Source of the DNA: an uncultured delta proteobacterium
GTDB lineage: Bacteria > Chloroflexota > Dehalococcoidia > Dehalococcoidales > BS750m-G39
Direction of reading: 5' to 3'
NCBI GenBank assembly: GCA_963739245.1
Contig: CAVTZP010000007.1
Coordinates: 187,723 to 251,722, forward strand
DNA length: 64,000 nucleotides
Part shown: piece after piece, positions 19,821 to 29,290 of the stretch
Numbering within the stretch: position 1 is the stretch's first letter
Layout: every line of letters begins with the position of its first letter
Program-made: the position numbers and the translations under genes
Notes under the pieces: model-generated
The model's input: only the letters and a program-made list of their open reading frames with translations
What the model was told of the DNA's origin: nothing
Databases searched by the model: none

Positions 19821-20659
19821 CGCTTGTCCCCTAGCACCGATACTGCCAGAACATGGGGACCGACGTGCGCTCCCACCACCGGGCTGACCTTTGCCCGGTA
19901 GATAAGCACTTTGGGAAATTTAGAACCAAGCCGCTTGGCTAGCTCATCTGCCTCGTCCGGGGTAGTGGCATCCTCTACCGCCATCCCCTCTATGCGGGAA
20001 AAGCTAGTAGCAAAGTTATATAAGTAGTCTATCGCCCTAGTCCGGGAGTGCTCCCGAGCGAAAGGATAGACCTCACCATCCCTTATACCAAGGACAGGGT
20101 GCACCTTAAGCACTGAACTTAGAAAAGCCTGGGCTTTGCCAATGCGCCCGCCACGACTCAGGTATTCCAGGGTATCAAAAACCATACGAACATCAGCCCG
20201 GGGGATATTGCGGCGAGTTAGACTAACCACTTCATCAAGGCCAGCTCCAGCCTGAGCTGCCTTAGCCGCCGCCATAACTATCAGTCCCTCGGTCATAGTC
20301 GCCCACCCTGAATCAATCACCTCCACCCGGCATTTCCGCTTCATCAGCCCTTTAGCCTCCAGGGCGGTATTATAGCCAGCACCGAGCTTATGGGAAAAGG
20401 TAATGACCAGGATTTCGTCTGTCTCCTTAGCCAGCTTATCATAGGTATTAACAAACACGCTCAGGGGTGGCACTGTGGTCGTGGGAAAGATTTTGCTGGC
20501 CACCAGCCTCTCATAGAACTGGTCAGTAGTCAGGTCAATGCCGTCGCGGAAGGTCTCACTACCAAAATGGACATTCAGCGGCACTATGGTAATTCTTAGT
20601 TTTTTAGCTACCTCAGAAGGTATGTCAGCTAGACTATCGCTGACAATATTTACCGACAT
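19817..20659 (-). CDS. DegV-family fatty-acid-binding protein (FakB-type), paralog 3
   Basis: 280 aa. Overlaps paralog 2 by 4 nt. Same DegV motifs. Confidence 0.85.
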   Translation of the reverse strand: MSVNIVSDSLADIPSEVAKKLRITIVPLNVHFGSETFRDGIDLTTDQFYERLVASKIFPTTTVPPLSVFVNTYDKLAKETDEILVITFSHKLGAGYNTALEAKGLMKRKCRVEVIDSGWATMTEGLIVMAAAKAAQAGAGLDEVVSLTRRNIPRADVRMVFDTLEYLSRGGRIGKAQAFLSSVLKVHPVLGIRDGEVYPFAREHSRTRAIDYLYNFATSFSRIEGMAVEDATTPDEADELAKRLGSKFPKVLIYRAKVSPVVGAHVGPHVLAVSVLGDKR

Positions 20660-20671
20660 AATAACCCCCGT

Positions 20672-22327
20672 TTACTCAATAGAGACAATATAATTATAAT
20701 GAGGCTGACCACCTTGAATTACCTCAACCTGAAGCTGGGGGTATTTTTCATGGATAGCCGCGCCAGCCTGCTCGGCGTCAGCAGATGTAGTATCAGCCCC
20801 ATAGTAGATGGTAATGACCTCAGCCCCATCTGGATTCATCCTGGCCAGCACCTCACTAAGAACATCCTCCGGTTTATCACTCACGGCTACCAGGTCTCCA
20901 TCCAAAAAGCCAATTGCCTGCTTCTTTCTAATATCAAACCCACCAAGGCGGGTTGAGCGTATCGCCCGGGTAACCTCGATAGACCTTACCGCTGATATCG
21001 CCTCCTCCATATTCTGAACGTTTGTTTCCAGGTCAGCCTCATAATCAAAGGCCAAAAGTGCCGCTACTCCCTGGGGAATTGTTTTGGCTGGCACCACTCT
21101 AATCGTCTTGGCGGTCAATGACTGAACTTGATTGGCGGTAAGCACTATATTCTTATTGTTAGGCAAAATAATAACCCTTTCTGAAGCCACCATCTCCACC
21201 GCCTGGAGCAAATCCTTGGTGCTGGGATTCATTGTCTGCCCACCGGGGACGATAGCCGTTGCCCCCAGGCTGCTGAAAACATTATTCAACCCCTCCCCGG
21301 CCACTACTGCCACAATGGCAATATCAACCGCTGGCATCCTTTCTTTCTGCATCTCCAAGAAGTCCCGGTATTGCTCATCCATATTGCGTATACTTATCTC
21401 GTGCAAGGTGCCCTGGGAGATAACATGGTGCACAATCTCACCGGGGTCTAAGGTATGAATATGAACCCTGACTGCCGAATCGTCACCAATGACGATAACC
21501 GATTGCCCCCTCTTTTCCAGCTTCTCCCTGAGCTTATCTGGGTCAAGCCCCTGCCCCCTAATCACAAAATTGGTGCAATAACCATAGGGTACCTCGGGGA
21601 CACCAACCATCTGGGGACCCTTAGCCGCGAGTGGCACACTGCTGGCAATCAACCACGGCTTGCGCAGTTTCAACTGCTCCGCCTCGCCCTTAAGGCAGTG
21701 AAGGGCACCCTCAAGGAGGGTGTATAGACCCTGCCCACCCGCATCCACCACCCCCGCCTCCCTCAGTACCGGCAGAAGGCTGGGGGTATTAGCCACCGAC
21801 TCCCGGGCAGCATCAACCGTAGCCTCCAGGACCGAGACCACGTCATCACCAGCATTACCGGCATGTGCCTGGGCAGCCTGGGCCGCCTCTCTAATTACGG
21901 TAAGAATAGTCCCCTCTACAGGATTGCTCAACCCTTTATAAGCCACGGTTGACGCCAGGAGCAGGGCATTAGCCAGGTCACTGCCAGTAATCGTTCCCTT
22001 ACCTTCCAAGCCCTGAGCTAAACCATGCCAGATCTGCGACAGGATTACCCCGCTGTTACCCCGAGCCCCCATCAGCGCCCCTTTAGCCATAGCTTGAGCT
22101 ACCTCACAAGCACCACAGTTGTTAGAGATCCGGGCGGCTTCCTCCAGAGAGGAACGCATGGTAAGCAGCATGTTAGTCCCGGTATCGCCGTCAGGCACGG
22201 GAAAGACATTCAGGGCATCAACATCAGCAGCGCACTTCTCCAGCCAGCCAGTAGCGGCGGTAAACATTTCCCTTAAATCTTGCCCGGAGATAGAATTGGT
22301 TTGTCCTTTCTTCTCTATCCTTGCCAT
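20672..22327 (-). CDS. fakA: DAK2-domain protein YloV / fatty acid kinase subunit FakA
   Basis: 551 aa. N-terminal Dak2 motif PDGDTGTNM, plus the middle and C-terminal domains typical of YloV/FakA. Directly upstream of the three degV genes. Confidence 0.85.
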   Translation of the reverse strand: MARIEKKGQTNSISGQDLREMFTAATGWLEKCAADVDALNVFPVPDGDTGTNMLLTMRSSLEEAARISNNCGACEVAQAMAKGALMGARGNSGVILSQIWHGLAQGLEGKGTITGSDLANALLLASTVAYKGLSNPVEGTILTVIREAAQAAQAHAGNAGDDVVSVLEATVDAARESVANTPSLLPVLREAGVVDAGGQGLYTLLEGALHCLKGEAEQLKLRKPWLIASSVPLAAKGPQMVGVPEVPYGYCTNFVIRGQGLDPDKLREKLEKRGQSVIVIGDDSAVRVHIHTLDPGEIVHHVISQGTLHEISIRNMDEQYRDFLEMQKERMPAVDIAIVAVVAGEGLNNVFSSLGATAIVPGGQTMNPSTKDLLQAVEMVASERVIILPNNKNIVLTANQVQSLTAKTIRVVPAKTIPQGVAALLAFDYEADLETNVQNMEEAISAVRSIEVTRAIRSTRLGGFDIRKKQAIGFLDGDLVAVSDKPEDVLSEVLARMNPDGAEVITIYYGADTTSADAEQAGAAIHEKYPQLQVEVIQGGQPHYNYIVSIE

Positions 22328-22399
22328 GATTGCCCGTCTGTGTTAATATTATGAACGAAATTTTACCGTAAATTTGCCTAATAGTCAAAGGAGAGAATA

Positions 22400-22588
22400 G
22401 TGAAGTGCGATTTATGTGGCAAAACACCCAAGTTCGGTCATAATGTGAGCCACTCTAAGCGTCATACCAAGCGCCAGTGGATGCCAAACATTCACCCGGT
22501 TACTATCACCATAGAGGGGAAGGCAAAACGACTAAACCTGTGCACTAGGTGCCTGCGCAGCCAGCATAAAATGGCTAAGGTAGGCTAG
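22400..22588 (+). CDS. rpmB: 50S ribosomal protein L28
   Basis: 62 aa. KCDLCGKTPKFGHNVSHSKRHTKRQWMPN. GTG start preceded by AAGGAG. Confidence 0.9.
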   Translation: MKCDLCGKTPKFGHNVSHSKRHTKRQWMPNIHPVTITIEGKAKRLNLCTRCLRSQHKMAKVG

Positions 22589-23246
22589 AGCGGAGCTTCT
22601 TTAGGGCTTCCGCCACCGTCTGCCCGGAACCAAACACGGCGGCACCAGCCACCAACACCCTAGCCCCAGCCCTCACCACTCTGGGAGCAACCTCAGCATT
22701 GATGCCGCCATCCACCTCCAGCTCAGCAATTAAACCCTTCTCATCAAGTTCAGCACGCAGACGGGCTATCTTGTTTAGTGTATCCTCAATAAAGGGCTGC
22801 CCACCAAAGCCGGGATTGACGGTCATCACCAGGACCAAATCAACAGAAGAAAGAACATCACTAATCGCTTTTATCGGTGTTTCCGGGTTGAGCGATACCC
22901 CCGCCTTAACCCCCAGTTTCTTAATTGCTGATACTACCTGGTGAATGTCAGGGCAGGCTTCAATATGAACGGTGATAATGTCAGCCCCGGCGTCAGCAAA
23001 TTGAGAAATTTGCCCCTCTGGTGCTTCAATCATAAGATGAACATCAAGAGGGAGGCTTGTCGAGTGACGAATTGAAGCTACCACGGGGGCGCCAATGGTT
23101 ATCTGGGGGACAAAATGCCCATCCATAACATCAACATGAATATAGTCAGCGCCCGCTTTAGTCGCTTCAGCTACCTGCTCCCCCAACCGGCTGAAATCAG
23201 CAGAGAGAATAGACGGGGCAAGTTTGACCTGAGGGTTATTTCCCAC
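22575..23246 (-). CDS. rpe: ribulose-phosphate 3-epimerase
   Basis: 223 aa. LAPSILSADF, HVDVMDGHFVP, MTVNPGFGGQ. Confidence 0.9.
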   Translation of the reverse strand: MGNNPQVKLAPSILSADFSRLGEQVAEATKAGADYIHVDVMDGHFVPQITIGAPVVASIRHSTSLPLDVHLMIEAPEGQISQFADAGADIITVHIEACPDIHQVVSAIKKLGVKAGVSLNPETPIKAISDVLSSVDLVLVMTVNPGFGGQPFIEDTLNKIARLRAELDEKGLIAELEVDGGINAEVAPRVVRAGARVLVAGAAVFGSGQTVAEALKKLRSSLP

Positions 23247-24618
23247 CCCTAGCTCCGATTATCTTCTTGGCGCGAGCTAACGCCCGCTCCACCTGCCTTG
23301 GCGCTGTCCCGCCAAAAATATCCCTGGCAGCAATAGATGACTCAAGAGTGATAGAATAGACATCCTTCTCAAAGCGGGGAGAAAACTTTTTATATTCAGT
23401 GAGGCTAAGCTCACTAAATGGCTTATTCTTTTCCGTAGCATAGCTTACCAGCCTGGCCACCAGAGCATGGGCGGTGCGGAAGGCTTCCCCCTTTTTGACC
23501 AGATAGTCAGCCAGGTCAGTGGCTAGAATATAGCCGCGCTCTATTGCCCGTTCGGTATTCCCCGCCTTGACCTTGAGGGTCTTGACCATGCCGGTAAATA
23601 CCTCAAGGGTGGACAGTATGGTGTCTACAGTATCAAAGAAGCCTTCTTTGTCCTCCTGCATATCCTTGTTATAGGACAGGGGAAGCCCCTTCATCGTTGT
23701 CAGCAGAGCCATGAGTCTGCCGTAGACCCTTCCCGTCTTACCCCGAGCCAGCTCGGCAACATCGGGGTTCTTCTTCTGGGGCATAATGCTTGAGCCGGTG
23801 GCATAAGCCTCATCAAGCTCAATAAAACCAAACTCGGCTGAGGACCAGAGAATAATCTCCTCCGCCAACCTTGATATGTGCATCAGGCACAGGCTCGCTG
23901 CCGCCTCATACTCCAAGACAAAATCCCTATCCGAGACAGCATCCATACTGTTCTGGCTTATCTGGCTGAAGCCCAGTTCTTTAGCGACAAACTCACGGTC
24001 AATATCATAGGCTACGCCGGCTAATGCACCGCTGCCCAGGGGCATAACGTCAGTGCGTTTCAGACCGTCGCTAAATCGGCTGAAATCACGCTGGAGCATC
24101 TCAAAATAGGCAAGAAGGTGGTGAGCCAGCAAGACCGGCTGCGCCGGCTGAAGATGGGTATAGCCAGGTATAATCACACTCTTATTGGCTTCAGCCAAAC
24201 TGATTAGTGCTCGCTGAAACTCCCTCAGCGTACTTATGGTGCTTGAGATTGCATCCCGGGCAAAAAGGCGCAGGTCCAGAGCCACCTGGTCATTCCTGGA
24301 GCGGGCGGTGTGGAGCTTGCCCCCAATCTTACCTACCTTTTTAATTAAGCGGGCTTCAATATTCATATGGATATCCTCAAGCTCCAGCTTAAACTCGAAT
24401 TTGCCCTGCTCTATCTCCTTCTGGACAGACTTCAGCCCTTTAATTATCGCTTCCGCCTCTTTATTGGTGATTATCCCCCGCTTGGCCAGCATCTTAGCGT
24501 GGGCGATACTGCCAGCAATGTCATAGGGGTATAGCCGCCAGTCAAAGGGGATAGAGGCGGTATATTCAGTTACCAATTTATCGACTGCCTTTTTAAAACG
24601 ACCTCGTATCTGGCTCAT
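23236..24618 (-). CDS. argH: argininosuccinate lyase
   Basis: 460 aa. Fumarate-lyase signature GSSIMPQKKNPD and the TARSRNDQV motif. Confidence 0.95.
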   Translation of the reverse strand: MSQIRGRFKKAVDKLVTEYTASIPFDWRLYPYDIAGSIAHAKMLAKRGIITNKEAEAIIKGLKSVQKEIEQGKFEFKLELEDIHMNIEARLIKKVGKIGGKLHTARSRNDQVALDLRLFARDAISSTISTLREFQRALISLAEANKSVIIPGYTHLQPAQPVLLAHHLLAYFEMLQRDFSRFSDGLKRTDVMPLGSGALAGVAYDIDREFVAKELGFSQISQNSMDAVSDRDFVLEYEAAASLCLMHISRLAEEIILWSSAEFGFIELDEAYATGSSIMPQKKNPDVAELARGKTGRVYGRLMALLTTMKGLPLSYNKDMQEDKEGFFDTVDTILSTLEVFTGMVKTLKVKAGNTERAIERGYILATDLADYLVKKGEAFRTAHALVARLVSYATEKNKPFSELSLTEYKKFSPRFEKDVYSITLESSIAARDIFGGTAPRQVERALARAKKIIGARGGK

Positions 24619-25829
24619 TTGGTTCCTCTCTTCGCCTTCTTGCCCTGCACCCGGGCTTGCGTCCGTGCCGACAGACCCCAGAGGTGGATAAAGCCGACGG
24701 CGGCACTCTGGTCAAACTGGTCTCCCTTATCGTAGGTAGCCAGCTCATGGCGGTACAGTGAGTAAGGAGACTTGCGCCCCACCACCCGGCAGCTTCCCTT
24801 AAACAGCTTGAGCCTCACCGTTCCGGTAACAAAGCGCTGTGACGAATCCACGTAAGCCGCCAGATCTTCCCGTAGTGAGCTAAACCACAAGCCGTTATAA
24901 ACGAGGTCGGCATATTCAACAGCCACCTTCTGCTTGAACCGAAGCTGGTCTTTAGACAGGGTCATTGCCTCCAAAGCCTGGTGCGCCTGGAGTAACACTG
25001 TCGCCGCCGGGGCTTCGTAGATTTCCCTTGATTTTATGCCCACTACCCGGTCCTCAATATGGTCAATCTTGCCCACCCCGTGTTTGCCCGCCAGGTCATT
25101 CACCCGCTGGATAAGGGCAATGCCATCCATTTTCCGCCCGCCAACTGCCACCGGGATACCCTTTTCAAAGCCAATCTCAATATATTCCGGCTTATCTGGG
25201 GTCTCCGCCAGCGGCCTGACCCAGATAAAGGCATCCTCAGGGGGCTCAACCCAGGGGTCTTCCATCACCCCGCACTCAATGCTCCTCCCCCACAGGTTCT
25301 GGTCAATAGAGTAGGGGCTGTCAGCCGTGACCGGAATCGGGATGCCATGGCGCTGAGCATATTTTATCGTCTCCTCTCGGGTCATGCCCCAGTCACGGGC
25401 CGGGGCTAAAATCTTCAGCTCGGGAGCCAGACCGGCGACACTGACATCGAACCTCACCTGGTCATTCCCCTTGCCGGTGCAGCCATGGGCTACTGCCGTA
25501 GCCCCCTCCTTGATGGCGGTCTCCACCAATAGTCTTGCCATCAACGGGCGGGCTAAAGCCGTAGCCAACGGATACTGTCCCTCATATAGAGCATCGGCCT
25601 TAAGCGCCGGAAGAACAAACTCATCAACAAAAGCCTTCCTGGCATCAGCTACCACTGCCTTCACCGCCCCGAGCTTTAGCGCCTTCTTCCGAATTGCCGG
25701 GAAATCAGGCTCATTGCCGACATCAACGCTGAAGGCGATAACATCAAGTTTATGCTTCTCCTGCAGCCATCTGATAGCTACCGAGGTGTCTAACCCACCG
25801 CTGTAAGCCAGCACTACTTTCTCCGCCAT
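24615..25829 (-). CDS. argG: argininosuccinate synthase
   Basis: 404 aa. AYSGGLDTS P-loop and GCTGKGNDQVRF. Confidence 0.95.
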   Translation of the reverse strand: MAEKVVLAYSGGLDTSVAIRWLQEKHKLDVIAFSVDVGNEPDFPAIRKKALKLGAVKAVVADARKAFVDEFVLPALKADALYEGQYPLATALARPLMARLLVETAIKEGATAVAHGCTGKGNDQVRFDVSVAGLAPELKILAPARDWGMTREETIKYAQRHGIPIPVTADSPYSIDQNLWGRSIECGVMEDPWVEPPEDAFIWVRPLAETPDKPEYIEIGFEKGIPVAVGGRKMDGIALIQRVNDLAGKHGVGKIDHIEDRVVGIKSREIYEAPAATVLLQAHQALEAMTLSKDQLRFKQKVAVEYADLVYNGLWFSSLREDLAAYVDSSQRFVTGTVRLKLFKGSCRVVGRKSPYSLYRHELATYDKGDQFDQSAAVGFIHLWGLSARTQARVQGKKAKRGTK

Positions 25830-25846
25830 GTTGAATTCTCCTTCTA

Positions 25847-25932
25847 ACCTCTCCCCCTGTATCCCCCTCTCCTTTCTAAGGAGAGGGGGAAAGTAGTTTT
25901 TTGAGAGAGGCTCCGCCTCTCTCTGACTCTCC
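25847..25932 (+). repeat. bipartite palindromic repeat, copy R5 (A-B), intercistronic between argD and argG
   Basis: ACCTCTCCCCCTGTATCCCCCTCTCCTTTCTAAGGAGAGGGGGAAAGTAGTTTTTTGAGAGAGGCTCCGCCTCTCTCTGACTCTCC. Ends 1 nt from the argD stop. Confidence 0.9.
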
Positions 25933-25933
25933 C

Positions 25934-27121
25934 TTACTTTGCTATACTAGCTAGTGCTTTATCCAAGATGCCCAGTGCCTCATCAACCTCTTTGTTGCCG
26001 ATAGTAAGAGGGGGGATAAAGCGCACCGCATTCGGCTTTAGTTTATTGACCAGTAAGCCTCGCTCAAAGCAAGCCATGAGTACTGAATGGGCAATATCAG
26101 AGCTAAACTCTACCGCCACCAGTAGCCCCCGTCCCCGGACATCGGTGATAAAGGGGAACTTACCCCTCAAACCCTCCAGCCTGGTCATAAGATACTCTCC
26201 CACTGCCTTCACCTTCGCCGGTATATCATTATCAATGATAAATTTTAGTGTAGCGTAGCCAGCGGCACAGGCCAGTGGATTGCCGCCGAAGGTAGTGCCA
26301 TGCTCTCCTGGAGTAAAAACTGCCGCCCCCTCCTTAGCCAGAATCGCCCCGATGGGCACGCCACTGGCTAAACCCTTAGCCAGAATCATTATATCAGGTT
26401 CAACGCCATATTGCTCATAGGTGAAGAGCGTGCCGGTCCGGCCAACGCCGGTCTGAATTTCATCCAGAATCAGCAAAATGCCCTTCTGGTCGCACCACGC
26501 CCGCACTTTAGACAGGTAATCATCATCGGGGATATTAACTCCGCCCTCTCCTTGGATGGGTTCTAGCATTACGGCACATATCTTATCCGTCGTAGCCGCC
26601 TTCATCGCCTCAATATCATTGAACTTAACATTTACGAAGCCCGAGGGCAGAGGTATATATGGCTGCTGAAACTCTGCCTGAGCGGTGGCGGCGGTCATGG
26701 CTAGAGTGCGACCATGAAAGGAGCCGGTCAAGGTAATAACCTCAAAAGCTCCGTTCAGGCGAAGTTTCCCATAGCGTCGGGCTAGTTTTACGGCACCTTC
26801 GCTAGCCTCAGCCCCACTATTGCAAAAGAAAACTCTATCCAGGCAGCTATTCTGGACTAAAAGCCCTGCCAGTTGAAGCTGAGGGATGGTGTAGAATAGA
26901 TTCGAGGTCTGAATGAGCGTCTTTACCTGTTCCGTAACCGCTTCAACCACTACCGGATGGCAATGACCAAGGCTAGTGACTGCCAAGCCACCGACGAAAT
27001 CCAGATACTCCCGTCCGTTCTCATCCCAAACCCGAGCCCCTTTCCCCTTAGCTATGGTTAAGGGTAGACGCTCGAAAGTCTGCATATAGTATTTGCGCTC
27101 CAGCTCCTGCCAGTTAGTCAC
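25934..27121 (-). CDS. argD: acetylornithine aminotransferase
   Basis: 395 aa. Class III aminotransferase with DEIQTGVGRTG and the PLP lysine context ILAKGLASG. Confidence 0.9.
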   Translation of the reverse strand: MTNWQELERKYYMQTFERLPLTIAKGKGARVWDENGREYLDFVGGLAVTSLGHCHPVVVEAVTEQVKTLIQTSNLFYTIPQLQLAGLLVQNSCLDRVFFCNSGAEASEGAVKLARRYGKLRLNGAFEVITLTGSFHGRTLAMTAATAQAEFQQPYIPLPSGFVNVKFNDIEAMKAATTDKICAVMLEPIQGEGGVNIPDDDYLSKVRAWCDQKGILLILDEIQTGVGRTGTLFTYEQYGVEPDIMILAKGLASGVPIGAILAKEGAAVFTPGEHGTTFGGNPLACAAGYATLKFIIDNDIPAKVKAVGEYLMTRLEGLRGKFPFITDVRGRGLLVAVEFSSDIAHSVLMACFERGLLVNKLKPNAVRFIPPLTIGNKEVDEALGILDKALASIAK

Positions 27122-27147
27122 TTTCGTTCACCTTCTTGTGGCCTTTC

Positions 27148-27179
27148 TCAAGAGAGGCTTCGCCTCTCTTTGACTCTCC
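27148..27179 (+). repeat. solo B module of the repeat family, copy R6, between argB and argD
   Basis: TCAAGAGAGGCTTCGCCTCTCTTTGACTCTCC. No A module adjacent. Confidence 0.75.
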
Positions 27180-27187
27180 TTGTCTAC

Positions 27188-27979
27188 TCACTTCTCTATG
27201 GTTGTGCCGCCACCTTTGCCCTCTATCTCATTAAGCAAGGCATGGGGCTGCCGACCGTCTATGATGCGAGTAACCAGGGTGCCAGACAGCGCTCTCAAGC
27301 ATGCCTTAATCTTCGGAATCATCCCCCCTGAAGCCACCCCTGAAGCGAGTAGAGCCTCGGCTTCATCGGACGATAGGCGGGGCAGCAGATTGCCTGACTG
27401 GTCGCAGACGCCAACAACATCAGTCAAAATGATAAGCCTCTCCGCACCAATCGCCGCCGCAACTTCCCCGGCGACAGCATCGGCGTTGATATTAAGCACA
27501 TTGGGCGCTTTAGCCGGCTTACCAGCATTAAGGCTGACCGGAGCCACTACCGGGATATAGCCGGCTTTTAGTAGCGTCTCCAGCGGTGCCAGATTTACCT
27601 TCACTACCTCACCAATATAGCCCAGCTTTTTGTCCTTAATCCGGCCTTGAATCAAACCCCCGTCCACGCCGCTAATCCCAACCGCACTCCCACCCCAGCT
27701 ATTTATGTCGGCGACAATCTCTTTGTTGACCAACCCCACCAGCACCGAAACCACCACCTCAAGGGTGGCTTCATCGGTTACCCGCTCGCCGTTGACAAAC
27801 CTGGTGGAAATCCCCCGCTTCTCCAGCCAGTCGGTTATTATCTTACCACCGCCGTGGACTATAACCAGCGATTTACCCTGCTGCTGGAGAGAGACGATGT
27901 CCTTAATGGTGGTATCGTGATTACCTAAGGTAGCACCACCTATCTTGACCACAATAACCTTGCCTAATTTATTACCCAT
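27188..27979 (-). CDS. argB: acetylglutamate kinase
   Basis: 263 aa. VVKIGG...VIVHGGG...NINAD motifs of the amino-acid kinase family. Confidence 0.9.
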   Translation of the reverse strand: MGNKLGKVIVVKIGGATLGNHDTTIKDIVSLQQQGKSLVIVHGGGKIITDWLEKRGISTRFVNGERVTDEATLEVVVSVLVGLVNKEIVADINSWGGSAVGISGVDGGLIQGRIKDKKLGYIGEVVKVNLAPLETLLKAGYIPVVAPVSLNAGKPAKAPNVLNINADAVAGEVAAAIGAERLIILTDVVGVCDQSGNLLPRLSSDEAEALLASGVASGGMIPKIKACLRALSGTLVTRIIDGRQPHALLNEIEGKGGGTTIEK

Positions 27980-27980
27980 T

Positions 27981-29198
27981 TTATGTCATATACTGACTAT
28001 TAATAGTGACATATTCCTCAGACAGGTCGCAACCCCAGGCGGTGGCAGTAGCCGAGCCAAGGTTAAGGTTCAAGCTTATCGCCACCCCTTTCCCCTCCAG
28101 CAGCCGGACTGCACCTTGCTTACTAAAGGGCAAGGGTCTACCCGCCTTTACCACCGCGACATTACCAATATAAAGGTCAGTCTTTGCCTCTTCAACCTCC
28201 ACTCCGCTCCGTCCCAATGCCGCCATAATCCGCCCCCAGTTGGGGTCAGCGCCATGAACCGCTGCCTTCACCAGGGGCGAGCTTACTATTGTCCTTGCCG
28301 CCAGCCTTGCCTCAACCAAATTAAGGGCACCACTAACTGTTACCTCAATAAGCTTAGTTGCCCCTTCACCATCACGGGCAACGCTTTTAGCCAGATAGAT
28401 GCAAACCTGCTCCAGACCCTGCTCAAAGACGAAAGCCTGCTCACTGCCTGATGATATCGGCTTGCCTCCCGCCAGACCATTAGCCAGGAGCAGCACCATA
28501 TCATTAGGGCTGGTGTCCCCGTCAATAGAAACCATATTAAACGAGACGTCCACCGCCCTTTTCAAAGCCGCTTGAGCAAAATCAAGCTCTACGGCGGCAT
28601 CGGTGGTTAGAAAGCAGAGTAAAGTCGCCAGGTCGGGGTGAATCATCCCCGACCCCTTAGCCACCCCACCAATGGTAAACTCACTATTCCCCACCCCGAC
28701 CTTAACCGCCGTTTCCTTAGCAAAGGTATCAGTAGTCATCATCGCCCTTGCCAACTCATGACCGCCATCGCGGGAGAGAATAACCCTGTCTATGGCACTT
28801 GCTATGCGCTTCATCGGTAGCGGCACACCAATAATACCGGTGCTGGCGACCAGGACATCCTCAGGCAATATGCCAATGCCTTCAGCCACCAGCTTTGCCA
28901 TCTTAGCCGCATCCCTAACTCCCCGCTCCCCGGTGCAGGCATTGGCGCCGCCGCTATTCACCACCACCGCCCCGGCCCTCCCCTGCCTTAGCCTTTGCTG
29001 AGATAAAACCACCGGTGCCGCCTTAATCCGGTTGTTAGTAAAAACCCCGGCGGCGACACAGGGTGCCTCAGAAAAGAGGACACCGAGGTCTAGTTTATTT
29101 CCAGCTTTTTTATTTATGCCGGCACTGGTAGCACCGGCAAAAAAACCCTCGGCGGAGGTAATCGTGCCTTCAGGGATGAACTTAATCTTGGCAGCCAC
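27981..29198 (-). CDS. argJ: bifunctional ornithine acetyltransferase / N-acetylglutamate synthase
   Basis: 405 aa. Autoprocessing site context GMIHPDLATLLCFLTTDA. GTG start. Confidence 0.9.
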   Translation of the reverse strand: MAAKIKFIPEGTITSAEGFFAGATSAGINKKAGNKLDLGVLFSEAPCVAAGVFTNNRIKAAPVVLSQQRLRQGRAGAVVVNSGGANACTGERGVRDAAKMAKLVAEGIGILPEDVLVASTGIIGVPLPMKRIASAIDRVILSRDGGHELARAMMTTDTFAKETAVKVGVGNSEFTIGGVAKGSGMIHPDLATLLCFLTTDAAVELDFAQAALKRAVDVSFNMVSIDGDTSPNDMVLLLANGLAGGKPISSGSEQAFVFEQGLEQVCIYLAKSVARDGEGATKLIEVTVSGALNLVEARLAARTIVSSPLVKAAVHGADPNWGRIMAALGRSGVEVEEAKTDLYIGNVAVVKAGRPLPFSKQGAVRLLEGKGVAISLNLNLGSATATAWGCDLSEEYVTINSQYMT

Positions 29199-29207
29199 TA
29201 TACATAA

Positions 29208-29236
29208 ACTATATCACACTGGATAGAGCTAGGCAA
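29208..29236 (-). promoter_or_regulatory. sigma70-like promoter of the arg operon, leaderless geometry
   Basis: On the minus strand: -35 TTGCCT (29231-29236), 17-nt spacer, extended -10 TGaTATAGT (29208-29216), then 9 nt to the GTG start at 29198. No Shine-Dalgarno sequence. Confidence 0.4.
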
Positions 29237-29290
29237 TGCAGTTATAATATCCAAGAATCGGTCAAAAGCATAACGGGAGGAGGCATAGAA

